Below, in pieces: positions 11,801-22,475 of a stretch of 64,000 bases of DNA. Origin of the DNA: Monocercomonoides exilis PA203 (taxonomy: Eukaryota > Protista > Preaxostyla); the NCBI GenBank assembly GCA_001643675.2, contig LSRY02000008.1, forward strand, positions 1,240,001-1,304,000, in the 5' to 3' direction. Numbering within the stretch: the stretch's first letter is position 1; every line of letters starts with the position of its first letter. Below the pieces are notes generated by a model. The model was not told the origin of the DNA, did no database searches, and was given only the letters and a program-made list of their open reading frames with translations. Position numbers and translations under genes: made by a program.

Positions 11801-14800
11801 TCTCTTTCTTCTTCTTCTTCTTCTTCTTCTTCTTCTATTTTTAATTCTTCTTCCTTTTCTAATATTTCATCATCATCATCTTCTTCTTCTTCTCTTTCTT
11901 CTTCTTCTTCTTCTTTTAATAATTCTTCTAATATTTCATCAAATTCCTCTTCTTCTTTTTCTTCTTCTTCTTCTCTTCCTTATTCTTTTTCTCTTCCTCA
12001 TTCATTTCTCAAGAAATATTCCCCTTTTGCACTCAAACGCAAACAAAACCAATTTTTGTCCGGTTTTTCATCTTCTTCTCTTCTTTCTGCATTTTTTGAG
12101 GCTTCGAAAGGGAAAAAGAAGAATTCGAAGAAAAAATTAACTTCTTCTTCTTCTTCTTCTCTTTATTCTTCTTCTAATTCATCATCATCTTCTTCTCAAC
12201 AATATACAATAGAATCTTCATCAACAAAACGAAATGGAAAAGATGAAGAAGAGAAAGAGAAAGAGAATGAGAAAGAGAATGAGAAAGAAGATGAAGAAGA
12301 AGAAAATGAAGATTATTTCTTGAACTTAGATGATGATGATGATGAAGATGAAGATTATAATGATGAAGAAAGTGAAGAAAAAGAAAGAAGAAGAAAACAA
12401 GAAGATGAAGAAGAAGAAGAAGAAGAATCCGATTTTAATTCATCTTCATCTTTTTCTTCTTCCTCTTCTTCCTCTTCTTCCTCTTCCTCTTTCTTCACTG
12501 AATGCTTCCTCTGGACAATGACAGAGCTCCAGCGCAGAGAATACCAAGCTGCACGCGAAATCGTCCTCTTAATCGGCTCTGAAGCAAATCGCCTTCAAAT
12601 TCAACTGGAAAAATGTATTTTGGCAATGAACCATTTCAAAGAACTTGTTGCTCTGTGTGTGAATCAGCCGAGGAATGAGAAGGAGAAGGAGGAGGAGGAG
12701 AGGGAGGTGTGGAGGGTGTTGGAGAAGAGGAGGAGAAGAAGAAGAGAAGGAGAAAAAGAAGGAAGGGAAGAAAGAGAAAGAGAAGAACAACCAATGCCAT
12801 TGAATAATACAATTGAAGAAGGAGAGAAAGGAAAGAAAGAAAAAGAAGGAGAAAGAGAAGGAGAAGAAGGAGAAAACAATGAAGCCATCAAAAGCATAGC
12901 AGATGCACTTGAGGTGTTTGAGTCCAAGCCGTGGCTGTTTGTGGAGATGATGGGGTGTTTGTCGTTGGTGATGGAAGGCTTCATGCGATCTGTGCAGAAC
13001 ACACGCCTGTTCCTCCACAAGACGCTGGGCGAGCACAAAGAGATGTTTCTGGTGAAGCTGGAGAAGAAAGACAAAGACGTCTTTGCATTTGCGATGGAGC
13101 ACATGGAAGAAGTGAAGGCAGTTGTGCTGGAGAAGAAGGTGATGGATCAGCTGTGGGAGATGTCGGAAGAGAAGACGCTGCATCTGCTGGTGGATTCGAC
13201 TTCCACCACATTCAACTTTGGAAGTGGTGGTGGTGGAGGAGGTGGAGGAGGAGGGAATAACTTGAATTCTTCTTCTCATTCTAATTCTTCTAATTCTTCT
13301 CAATTGTCATCTGATAGCGATATATCTTCTCCTTCTCTTTCTCCTTCTCCTTTATCATCACCATCACCTTCTTCTTCTCCTTCCCCCTTATCATCTTCTT
13401 CTTCCTCTTCTTCCTCTTCCTCTTCTTCTCGCTCCATCCCCTTCTTCACCACCTCCGTTGCCTTTGAAGTGAACGATGTCTATGCCTCCCTGATGCCCCA
13501 GCACCCCGAAAGAGCCATCAAATACCTCGACCGTGTTCTCCTTTCTGACTCTTCCCGTGTGCGTGCATACGGCGACATCATGGCGTTGCTTTATGCCGAG
13601 TACAAACCGTCTGGCTTGCTTCCCTTTCTGCAGCAGGCGTCAAACTACAGTGTGACAAAAGCACTGCGCTTGTGTGAGGAGAGGAAGTTTGCAGTGGGCT
13701 TTGCTCTTGTTGAGGCGAAGATGGGGCTGTTTATGCGGGCGATGGACACGCTGGTGCTGAGTGTGCATGATGTTGGGCAGGCAGTGGAGCTGTGCGAGGA
13801 GGAAGGGAGAGGGATGGGAGAGGACGAAGAAGGAGAAGGAGGAGGAGTTGGAATTGGAGGAATTGGAGGAATTGGAGGAGGGATAGGAGAAAGAGATGGA
13901 GGAGAAGGAGGAGGAAAAGGGAAAGGGCAAGGGCAAGGAATAAGCCATCTTGTGCGCTTGGGGCTGGAAACGCAGAGTGTGCTGGGGATGACGCGGATGC
14001 AGGCAGATGCGCCGTTGATGACACAGATCATTGCATGTGCTGGGGCAAAGATGAAGCCGCAGGTGCTGATGCAGCTTCTGCCTGCGGGGAAAGTGATTGT
14101 TGGGGTGAAGCCAGCGCTGATTGGGATGCTGAACGAGAGGAGGATGAGGCATTCGGTGCTGCGGATGGCGGCAGCAGCAGGGAAAGTGGACAGCGTGGAG
14201 CTGATGAAGAGGATGGTGTGGGTGAGGAAGAAGGCGATACATGTTGGAGGGGATGGAGTGAGGAGAGAAGGAGGAAGAGAAATGGGAGGAAGGGAAGGAG
14301 GAAGAGATGAGAGGGAGAGAGAAAGAGAAGGGAAATGGGGGGAGGAGAAGGAATGGTGTTGTGCGTATTGTGGAGAGATAGTGTATGGATTGAGTGGAGC
14401 AGGCATTGGAGGAGGAGGAGGAGGGGGAGGAGGAGGGAGAAGGGGAGGAGAAAGAGGATTAAAAGAGCAATGCAGATATCTGAGGAAATACAAGGAAAGT
14501 GTGATATATGGGAGCGAAGGAGGGGAGGAAGGAGGGAGTGGAGGAGCAGGAGAAAGAGAAGGAAGAGGCGGAGAGGAAGGATATGTGGTGTTTGTGGAGC
14601 ATTTTGAGGATGGGGCAATGTTTGAGAGTGGGAAGCCGAATCCATTTGTGAAGAGTTCAGTACAAGATGAAGGGAGATTATCATCTTCTTCATCAAATAC
14701 TTCATTAAATTCTTCTTCTTCTCTTTCTTCTTCTTCTTCCTCCTCCTCCTCCTGTGTGTGTAGAGGCCTTCCGAAGGTGGTGGCGGACAAGCTGTACTGG

Positions 14801-15022
14801 TTTGCGTGTGGGCACATGTACCACGAGTCGTGTCTGATGGGGGCGATGGAGGAGTGCAGACACTATGCGCTGGACGAAGACCTCTCAAACAGCCTCCAAT
14901 CATCATCTCCATCTTCTCTTTCTTCTTCTTCTTCTTCATGTGTGTTGATTTCGCGCAAGACGGTGCGAGTGAACGGGAAGAGCATGCAGATGCCTGTTGT
15001 CTGCTTGAAATGCAGAGGGTGA
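8897..15022 (+). CDS. VPS41: Vacuolar protein sorting 41 (HOPS subunit): N-terminal WD40 propeller, alpha-solenoid/clathrin repeat, C-terminal RING-H2; expanded by poly-Ser/Gly/Glu insertions
   Basis: 2041-aa ORF with Vps41-typical motifs FQRPMIAVALHPNF, CGG, EGEIMNIKWNGRYIAWANSTGVRVYD, DDHLLWLI..RRFKEAL, LYAEYKPSGLLPFLQQASNYSVTKALRLCEER, and RING ligands CAYC...ACGHMYHESC...CLKC. Confidence 0.88.
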   Translation: MQNLPENETEEDAEEIEPLLKYNFYPLSFFVDPRSRATCIYFNQGLTVIGSSDGFVYWINRQNVKIRQARVSTDPINDVTISDDLHVGVATQDGQVIVLHHTEDNAIIKHQFQRPMIAVALHPNFKSKKELFCGGMEQKLLLVSKGLFKTSVKEIASMEGEIMNIKWNGRYIAWANSTGVRVYDYEKQGVIAKLGMFRPEQKMWTKIYPFSLSWYGSDTLLIACANRIVVYRVFENPDEHQRLATVLHQIDQLDFIVCGITPLVNNSVAILCLFEPETPQTPFDPPELRVVQLDQLPQGAVTLDQLLAAEKACDQLALEGTQNFGPRDYKLVNGVVMMMMNANTTMNTNVNERENRGENRGETGGGGERSGGGGGGGGGERGNNNNNSNVNSFQSSSSSSSSSNSNSSSLNNSLSSSSSSSSSPFQSNSSSSSSSYSSSSPQSSSSPSPLPSSLSSSSSSSSPSSSSPPSSSPPSPLPIMTLFILSPHMRLSAQQINTDDHLLWLISRRRFKEALKEATLANEKYPGLLKNVNIEEIIAAYLQFAMQTKQFDVAIHLATAHKHHFYIRRNIPLFQSLIRHLISAEKLEALGEIPLDEPRLSKETYAAVLNYYFSHSPVRFDKEVTRIPTEYFDVSLVVRQITAGEELKREVEDVVREGQRLVGLIEREKEKEKEKEREKEKEKESEMNKMINNNNNNKYTSSSSSSSSYPYQYQYQSNSSSSSSSSLSSSSLSSSSLSSSSSSPSSLSPSSLSPSSLSPSSLSHQLISLFLRLRSTNIGNDEKHTIFGRSVSKFGRILAKTKDFIEIQLKKMDELMKGRLEEMQEKEEEEKEEKEKEKEVDDEKEKDTDNSKNSLQNNTSSSSSSSSNLNSFSPSSSSPSSPSSSSSSSSSLSSSSSSSSSSSPSSSSPSPSPSSSSSSSFSSSSSSSSPCVFCGDLSESEFHFIRDQIAKGAYGGIPFSNSSSSSSSSLSSSSSSSSSSIFNSSSFSNISSSSSSSSSLSSSSSSFNNSSNISSNSSSSFSSSSSLPYSFSLPHSFLKKYSPFALKRKQNQFLSGFSSSSLLSAFFEASKGKKKNSKKKLTSSSSSSLYSSSNSSSSSSQQYTIESSSTKRNGKDEEEKEKENEKENEKEDEEEENEDYFLNLDDDDDEDEDYNDEESEEKERRRKQEDEEEEEEESDFNSSSSFSSSSSSSSSSSSFFTECFLWTMTELQRREYQAAREIVLLIGSEANRLQIQLEKCILAMNHFKELVALCVNQPRNEKEKEEEEREVWRVLEKRRRRRREGEKEGREEREREEQPMPLNNTIEEGEKGKKEKEGEREGEEGENNEAIKSIADALEVFESKPWLFVEMMGCLSLVMEGFMRSVQNTRLFLHKTLGEHKEMFLVKLEKKDKDVFAFAMEHMEEVKAVVLEKKVMDQLWEMSEEKTLHLLVDSTSTTFNFGSGGGGGGGGGGNNLNSSSHSNSSNSSQLSSDSDISSPSLSPSPLSSPSPSSSPSPLSSSSSSSSSSSSSRSIPFFTTSVAFEVNDVYASLMPQHPERAIKYLDRVLLSDSSRVRAYGDIMALLYAEYKPSGLLPFLQQASNYSVTKALRLCEERKFAVGFALVEAKMGLFMRAMDTLVLSVHDVGQAVELCEEEGRGMGEDEEGEGGGVGIGGIGGIGGGIGERDGGEGGGKGKGQGQGISHLVRLGLETQSVLGMTRMQADAPLMTQIIACAGAKMKPQVLMQLLPAGKVIVGVKPALIGMLNERRMRHSVLRMAAAAGKVDSVELMKRMVWVRKKAIHVGGDGVRREGGREMGGREGGRDEREREREGKWGEEKEWCCAYCGEIVYGLSGAGIGGGGGGGGGGRRGGERGLKEQCRYLRKYKESVIYGSEGGEEGGSGGAGEREGRGGEEGYVVFVEHFEDGAMFESGKPNPFVKSSVQDEGRLSSSSSNTSLNSSSSLSSSSSSSSSCVCRGLPKVVADKLYWFACGHMYHESCLMGAMEECRHYALDEDLSNSLQSSSPSSLSSSSSSCVLISRKTVRVNGKSMQMPVVCLKCRG

Positions 15023-15274
15023 ATGGGAAGAGGAGGAGGAGGAGGAAGAGGAAGAGGAATGGGAAGAAAATGAATGGGTAGAGGAAGAGGAAGGCAGAAA
15101 AGGAGAAGAAGGTGTTTTGTTTGCTTTGTGTTGGGATTTTATTATGTGAATTATTATTTTTTTAATTTTTTATTTATTATTTATTATTTATTATTTTTCA
15201 ATTTTTTATTTTTTATTTTTTCTGCCGAACAGAAAATGCAGAATATATGTGCAAATGCAAAGACAAAAAATGAA

Positions 15275-15309
<35 letters not shown>

Positions 15310-15676
15310 GAAAGAGAAAGAGAGAAAGAAAGAGAAAGAAAGAGAAAGAAAGAAAAAAAATAGAAAATAGAAAAATAGAAAAGGAAATGAGAGAGAGAGC
15401 GGTCATTGGAATTATTTGTGCATTGAAAAGTGATTGCTTTGCAGTTGCATTTTGATAGCTCATGTTTTTTTTATTTTTTCCTTCTTCTTGATATTTTCAA
15501 CGACATTTTTATTTGAAATTTTATTCCCGTTTTTCTTTCCTATCTTCTCTTTCTTCTTCTCTCAAAAATTTTTAATATGTTTTGAGTTTCATTTATTTAT
15601 TTTATGTAAACAATTATTGGGGAAAAAAAATAATGGAAATGCAAAAAGATGAACGATAATTTTTAAAATTTATTTT

Positions 15677-15952
15677 TCAAGATGTCACGAGCCTCTTGTA
15701 ATTCTTAATTCCCTTTAAGCATTTTTTGCGATATTTTTCCTTCTGTGTCTTCTTTGCACGTCTCTTTATTGCCTCGATATCCTTGTGTTCATTGAATTTT
15801 TCGAAATATGGAAGTTGTCGATTCATGGACTTTTGTTCAGTTTTTGGGCTTCGTGCACGCAATGTTGGCGCTTCATTATAAAGTGTATTCGCATTAACTG
15901 CGAAGTGAAGAAAATTATATCGTATATGTCCGTTGGTTTTCTTCCGACTCAC
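15677..15952 (-). CDS. Short basic ORF (91 aa), hypothetical; weak resemblance to the RNase P/MRP subunit Rpp21/Rpr2 N-terminus (mirror copy 25227-25502 +)
   Basis: HIRYNFLHFA resembles the R-L-N-F-L-Y-Q-A start of Rpp21, and KEKYRKKC resembles K-x-x-x-C-K-K-C with the first Cys lost; no second CxxC in frame. Confidence 0.2.
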   Translation of the reverse strand: MSRKKTNGHIRYNFLHFAVNANTLYNEAPTLRARSPKTEQKSMNRQLPYFEKFNEHKDIEAIKRRAKKTQKEKYRKKCLKGIKNYKRLVTS

Positions 15953-16610
15953 AATCGATTTTGTTTGCTTCTATCGAATACATGTTTATTTATTTATTAT
16001 TACATTTAGCTGTCTTTGTTGCGTTGTTTGTTTCCTGGGGGAATAAGACTTCAATAAATTAAATTTGAGGCAAGATGCGAGCCCTTATTGGGTCTGCCAT
16101 TGCAAAGAGCCAAAAATAATCTCATTCTTTGCATCCTCTCCTTACGAAATCATCAGCAGCTGGTTGCGCGGTTGCGTGATCTGCTTTGTGTGTGGCAACA
16201 AACATACCAACTCGTAAACCAAAGAGTTAAAAGTCAAGAAAGAAGTTCCAGTGAGCGAGTGCCTTTTAACGGATAATTATGAAAATAACGGAATTAAAAA
16301 GAAAGAAAGAAAAGAAAGAAAGAATCACTTTCCTTCTCAGGCACCTATTGTGGATGTGTATAGGAATTGCGCTTCGGGATATATTCGGCCGATCTGCCCT
16401 CTGCACGCAGGGGCACTAGCGATGCCGAGTGTGGCATGAGCATTTCGGCTGCTACGCCTATCGCAAGTTTCTTCTTCGCTGTGTCTGCTTCAGTTCCTTC
16501 ACATTCGCTGTGTTTTATGCCCTTCCATTTGTGACTTTCAGTTGTGTGCCGGAAATAGCAATGTGTGCAGAATCAAAGAAAATGGCAGGCAATAGATTTC
16601 ATTGGCGCTA

Positions 16611-16672
16611 TTGAAAGACTTGACAGACTTGACGGACTTGACGGACTTGACGAACTTGATTGACTTGATGGC
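16611..16672 (+). repeat. 9-bp tandem repeat (TTGACGGAC)-like x7; mirror copy ~24507-24568
   Basis: ttgaaagac ttgacagac ttgacggac ttgacggac ttgacgaac ttgattgac ttgatggc; reads (VKS)n on the opposite strand. Confidence 0.9.
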
Positions 16673-16759
16673 TCTGAGAGGCGAGTGCTGCTGGAACATC
16701 TTGCCAAGCATTGTTGCTATTTTGGGGTTATTGTGCTTGACCAAACGAAGAAATGCCAA

Positions 16760-18703
16760 CTATCGTTGGTGAAACTGCTTTCTGAGAAGAAAAGGAAGAA
16801 GAGTCGAAAACAGTGCAGGAGGAGGCGATGAAGACAATGAAGTCGACGAAGAAGATGAAGAAGACGAAGTCAATGAAAATGACAATGACGACAATGAAGA
16901 AGAAGAAGGAGAAGAGAGATCCGGCTCAGAGAACAATGATTTTGAGACATTCATATCTGTTATCTCCACACCAACCATCGATAGCTGCGACAGCGGCACC
17001 ACAAACACTGACGACGACATTACATATTCTCCTGAAGAAACACTCGTGGTGATCACAACATCCTCCAACGAGAGTGACCCGCCCCCATCAGACACCACAA
17101 CCACGCTCGGCGAAGAAGGATTTGCATTTGAGTTGCAATCAACCTTCATGTGCAATAAACCAAGGTGACCTGTCGAAACACTGAACAGCGCTTCTGCTGC
17201 TGAAAGTGCCCCTGTTCCAATCAAACTCTTATCTTTGCCTCTCCCAATGACTGAAATCTTCTTTGTCTCAATATTAATAGTTGTTGTCTCGCTTGTGTGA
17301 TTCCCTTCCATCAGCGTGACTGACAGGCTCACCTGGATCACGCTCTTATCAACTGCAACACCAATGGTTCGGCATGCACTTGACTCATCCAGTCCACATA
17401 ACTCTTCTTCACCACCTCCACTCACTGCCACAAATCGATTGAGAATCCCTCTCTTCAGCCAATTCCACTTTTCTGTATGCTGAAAATACCAGGTGTTTGC
17501 ATTCGAGTAGTTGTATGCATAGCACATTCTCTGTTCATCAGTGTTTGTGGTATAACATTCAAAGAACGGATTTCCTGAATTCAAATAGACATTGTAATAA
17601 TCAACGTATTCAACATCATGCCCGTATGGAATTGAAGTTGTTCTGCACTTGCATTCATGAAAGAACAAAAAATAACAATAAATTTGATCATCTGGCATTT
17701 CTGTTTTTTCTGGTCTGAAATACAATCCTCCTCCATATGCAGTTGCTGAACATGAAATAAACTGAATGCTCCTCATTTTGAATGCAGCAGGAACGTATTG
17801 ACAAAGCATGCCTCCACCATAATAATTTGTAACCGAACATGAAGTGAAGCGGCAGTCAAACACACACGCACTCTCCCCTTCTCCATTTTCTGTTTGAATG
17901 CATCCTTCTGAAACCTGAAAATTTTCAAGAAGAAGTCCTCCTCCACCATTATTTGCTTTACAATTCTGGAATTCGCATCCACTGATTCGAACACACGTTG
18001 AAATCGTATAAATTAGTATTCCACCCCCACGATGGCCTTGTGCGGTGCAGGCATTAAATTTGTTGTTCACAATCTCAACAGATTTAATGTTGTAGCAATT
18101 TATACCTCCACCGCACCAATGCGCGACACATTCATTGAATGCACAATGCGAAACTGAAACAGTGGCGGATGACTGATTGTACATGCAGATGGCCCCTCCG
18201 CTTGACACTCCATCAGTCCACGAGTCACTTTCTCCTGTTGTCCTCGATCCACTCCATTCGCACCAAGTGAATGTATTCTGTCCATTATCCGTTGTGTTTT
18301 GTCTGTCTGGTTTCAATGGTACCTCTGCAGTTCCAGTGCATTCAACGTTTCTTGTCCGACAACACCCAATGAATGAAGTGTTTGAGGCTGTCAGAGAGGC
18401 CAAGGGATTGTTGATGGAGGGGACAATCCCGCCATCATATGCATCACAAACAGACGAAAAGGAGCAACTATTCATCAAACATGATGTTTGGGTTGACATT
18501 GTGGTTGAAGGTGAGCATGCCTCATTTGCTGTTGAGATGTTGAAAAATATTAGTTTGAAGAAGGATATAAGGGGAATGGAAGGTGAAGAAAAGAATGGGG
18601 TTGATGAGACACAAAAAGAAGAGAAGTGTGATTCGCTCACTGAAATACTCCCTTCAATGCCTTCCCCATATCCATCTCCTTCTCTTCCTTCGCCTCTGCT
18701 CAT
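16760..18703 (-). CDS. G1: Cys-rich right-handed beta-helix (Pmp/pectin-lyase-like) family protein, 647 aa, truncated; palindromic twin of G2
   Basis: Repeated FxxC-x(4-6)-GGG(I/L/M) rungs, YDGGIVPS, YCYFLFFHEC, PYGHD, NPFxECYTTN; no signal peptide or TM segment visible. Confidence 0.8.
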   Translation of the reverse strand: MSRGEGREGDGYGEGIEGSISVSESHFSSFCVSSTPFFSSPSIPLISFFKLIFFNISTANEACSPSTTMSTQTSCLMNSCSFSSVCDAYDGGIVPSINNPLASLTASNTSFIGCCRTRNVECTGTAEVPLKPDRQNTTDNGQNTFTWCEWSGSRTTGESDSWTDGVSSGGAICMYNQSSATVSVSHCAFNECVAHWCGGGINCYNIKSVEIVNNKFNACTAQGHRGGGILIYTISTCVRISGCEFQNCKANNGGGGLLLENFQVSEGCIQTENGEGESACVFDCRFTSCSVTNYYGGGMLCQYVPAAFKMRSIQFISCSATAYGGGLYFRPEKTEMPDDQIYCYFLFFHECKCRTTSIPYGHDVEYVDYYNVYLNSGNPFFECYTTNTDEQRMCYAYNYSNANTWYFQHTEKWNWLKRGILNRFVAVSGGGEEELCGLDESSACRTIGVAVDKSVIQVSLSVTLMEGNHTSETTTINIETKKISVIGRGKDKSLIGTGALSAAEALFSVSTGHLGLLHMKVDCNSNANPSSPSVVVVSDGGGSLSLEDVVITTSVSSGEYVMSSSVFVVPLSQLSMVGVEITDMNVSKSLFSEPDLSSPSSSSLSSLSFSLTSSSSSSSSTSLSSSPPPALFSTLLPFLLRKQFHQR

Positions 18704-20468
18704 CTTCCCTCCATATCCCTTCGCTCCAAACAGCCTGCCTGAGAAAATCTCTCCTCCTTTTCAATAAACTCCCTATTGTGCTCTAGTCAATCTTCATCTA
18801 CTTTCTATTTCACTTCTTTATTTCGCATTCCATGCTCTCTCTTTTATTCTCTGCCAGTTTTTAAACAATGTTGCTGTATACGTTTATTTCAACAGAAAGA
18901 TGTTAATTTTAATAATTGCTTTGCATTCTCGTAAAAATTTTCAATTGTTTAAAAAACTTTATTAGCAAAAACACGACAATATTTCATTTAAAACAAAAAA
19001 ATTCTTCACTTCCTCCTTTTGTTGATTTATTTTATTAAAAAAATGATTATTTTTTGAATTGTTTGTGGTAAATTATTATTATAAAAAACTCTTGCATGTA
19101 AATCTCATCTTTTTTAATGCTTTTTTAAAACCATATTAAAATTGTGTGACGTAAAAAATAATATCTAAATTTTGTGTCCACATCTGCTCCATTTGTCTTG
19201 ATTAACTATTTTTTTCTTATATGAGTGATTCTTTTTGATATTAAACATTTTTAATGAAATAATATGGGGGAAAATATAGGCTTTCAAGCTTTTTTTGCAC
19301 AAAGCATCAATAAATTGATTCACTCATAACTTTATCAATCATTTTCAGATTTCGAAATAAATTGGTTTTTCTTTTCAGTAAATAGCCATCAAAGTCGTTA
19401 TAATAAAAAGTTTTGTGACATTCCATGAATGTCAAAAAATGAACCCATTATTATAGAATTTTTTGAACACAAAACGCTTATCAAAAGTGCATAATTTTTC
19501 TTTGAAAATGCCTGAAATCAAATATTTTGTCCCACATCGATTTGAAAATTTGTTAGAAATTCAAAGATACAATGCTAAAAAAAATATGACAATATGTTAA
19601 CAGTTCATTGCCTTTCTTTTGTCGAATGTTTGTTTTAGGAATGATTACAACACAATAAGCAATTAGATATAAATAAAATTGTTAATGAAAATGGAATGAG
19701 GCATGAAACTATGCCCAGAAAATAAGCATGATTTCAAAAATAATCACACATATAAATATACATTGATTGAAAAAGAATGAATTTAAGCTGCTTGCTACAA
19801 ACAATTAAACACTGTGATTGGTTGCATTAGCCAAGTTTTTTTTTAAATTTATGAAAAGTCACGGATAATTAATAGTTGATTCAAAAATTAATTCCACATA
19901 TTTCTAACATTTTCTATATTCAAGCTTCAAATTCAATGATGATTATTATAATAAATAGAACGAATACTCAAATTCCAGAATTTGCGAAATTTAGAAAAAT
20001 TATGGATGTGTCTGTTAGTGTAAGCCAGTTACACTATTGTTGCGAAATATATGCAACTGAAAAATAATCCAATAAAAATTCAATTGATATATTTTTCTAT
20101 TAAAAATCATGAAGCGTCAGTCAGCTTTTGTTAAAACTTAATGAAATAATATAATATTTGCAGAAAATGGGAGATACTTTTTGATGTCAAATTATCTCTG
20201 ATAAAATTTTCAAATTGAGCATTTATCAAAAAAACTAAGAAATCAATCCAATGCTTTTGAAAATCAAATGAAAACTTTCACTGATATTCTTTTATTGCGG
20301 AAGATTGAAAAGGAAAACTATTTCAAAGCTCAAAACATATTTATTAAAATTAAGTTATTAGTTACGTTGCTTAGAAATAATTTTCACTCCGAAAAATGTT
20401 ATACTTACTTAAATATTCACGCACATATATATTTTTTTGATAATTCACTTTTATGAAATATAAGTTGT

Positions 20469-20710
20469 CTAATAATATTTAAAAAAAGTCACTTTTGTTT
20501 AATTTTCAGGATAAAATGAACATTGTGTGTTTTCATCAAAATTTCTTTCCAACTCACCAAATATCATTATCATTGAACAAGGAGCATGGACAATATGTTG
20601 TTTTAACTCTGGTTATGTTTGATAAGATGGAAAGAAATTTTGATGAAAACACACAATGTTCATTTTATCCTGAAAATTAAACAAAAGTGACTTTTTTTAA
20701 ATATTATTAG
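20469..20710. mobile_element. Degenerate ~242-bp inverted-repeat (MITE-like) element at the centre of P1
   Basis: AAAAGTCactttTGTTTAATTTTcAgG (from 20484) aligns with the TIR of the free element at 60379 (AAAAGTCgcaaaTGTTTAATTTTtAaG). Imperfect complementarity (9/13) continues into the spacer. The terminal GGG is lost. Confidence 0.5.
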
Positions 20711-22475
20711 ACAACTTATATTTCATAAAAGTGAATTATCAAAAAAATATATATGTGCGTGAATATTTAAGTAAGTATAACATTTTTCGGAGTGAAAATT
20801 ATTTCTAAGCAACGTAACTAATAACTTAATTTTAATAAATATGTTTTGAGCTTTGAAATAGTTTTCCTTTCAATCTTCCGCAATAAAAGAATATCAGTGA
20901 AAGTTTTCATTTGATTTTCAAAAGCATTGGATTGATTTCTTAGTTTTTTTGATAAATGCTCAATTTGAAAATTTTATCAGAGATAATTTGACATCAAAAA
21001 GTATCTCCCATTTTCTGCAAATATTATATTATTTCATTAAGTTTTAACAAAAGCTGACTGACGCTTCATGATTTTTAATAGAAAAATATATCAATTGAAT
21101 TTTTATTGGATTATTTTTCAGTTGCATATATTTCGCAACAATAGTGTAACTGGCTTACACTAACAGACACATCCATAATTTTTCTAAATTTCGCAAATTC
21201 TGGAATTTGAGTATTCGTTCTATTTATTATAATAATCATCATTGAATTTGAAGCTTGAATATAGAAAATGTTAGAAATATGTGGAATTAATTTTTGAATC
21301 AACTATTAATTATCCGTGACTTTTCATAAATTTAAAAAAAAACTTGGCTAATGCAACCAATCACAGTGTTTAATTGTTTGTAGCAAGCAGCTTAAATTCA
21401 TTCTTTTTCAATCAATGTATATTTATATGTGTGATTATTTTTGAAATCATGCTTATTTTCTGGGCATAGTTTCATGCCTCATTCCATTTTCATTAACAAT
21501 TTTATTTATATCTAATTGCTTATTGTGTTGTAATCATTCCTAAAACAAACATTCGACAAAAGAAAGGCAATGAACTGTTAACATATTGTCATATTTTTTT
21601 TAGCATTGTATCTTTGAATTTCTAACAAATTTTCAAATCGATGTGGGACAAAATATTTGATTTCAGGCATTTTCAAAGAAAAATTATGCACTTTTGATAA
21701 GCGTTTTGTGTTCAAAAAATTCTATAATAATGGGTTCATTTTTTGACATTCATGGAATGTCACAAAACTTTTTTATTATAACGACTTTGATGGCTATTTA
21801 CTGAAAAGAAAAACCAATTTATTTCGAAATCTGAAAATGATTGATAAAGTTATGAGTGAATCAATTTATTGATGCTTTGTGCAAAAAAAGCTTGAAAGCC
21901 TATATTTTCCCCCATATTATTTCATTAAAAATGTTTAATATCAAAAAGAATCACTCATATAAGAAAAAAATAGTTAATCAAGACAAATGGAGCAGATGTG
22001 GACACAAAATTTAGATATTATTTTTTACGTCACACAATTTTAATATGGTTTTAAAAAAGCATTAAAAAAGATGAGATTTACATGCAAGAGTTTTTTATAA
22101 TAATAATTTACCACAAACAATTCAAAAAATAATCATTTTTTTAATAAAATAAATCAACAAAAGGAGGAAGTGAAGAATTTTTTTGTTTTAAATGAAATAT
22201 TGTCGTGTTTTTGCTAATAAAGTTTTTTAAACAATTGAAAATTTTTACGAGAATGCAAAGCAATTATTAAAATTAACATCTTTCTGTTGAAATAAACGTA
22301 TACAGCAACATTGTTTAAAAACTGGCAGAGAATAAAAGAGAGAGCATGGAATGCGAAATAAAGAAGTGAAATAGAAAGTAGATGAAGATTGACTAGAGCA
22401 CAATAGGGAGTTTATTGAAAAGGAGGAGAGATTTTCTCAGGCAGGCTGTTTGGAGCGAAGGGATATGGAGGGAAG

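Noticed and set aside
9448-15081. Long antisense or overlapping ORFs within VPS41 (e.g. 13645-14817, 14028-14939) and their mirrors at 26.2-28.9 kb
   Set aside because: Shadow ORFs of a GC- and purine-skewed coding strand; no recognisable domains.
16611-16672. Possible CRISPR-like array
   Set aside because: Contiguous 9-bp units without spacers, in a eukaryotic context with no cas genes.
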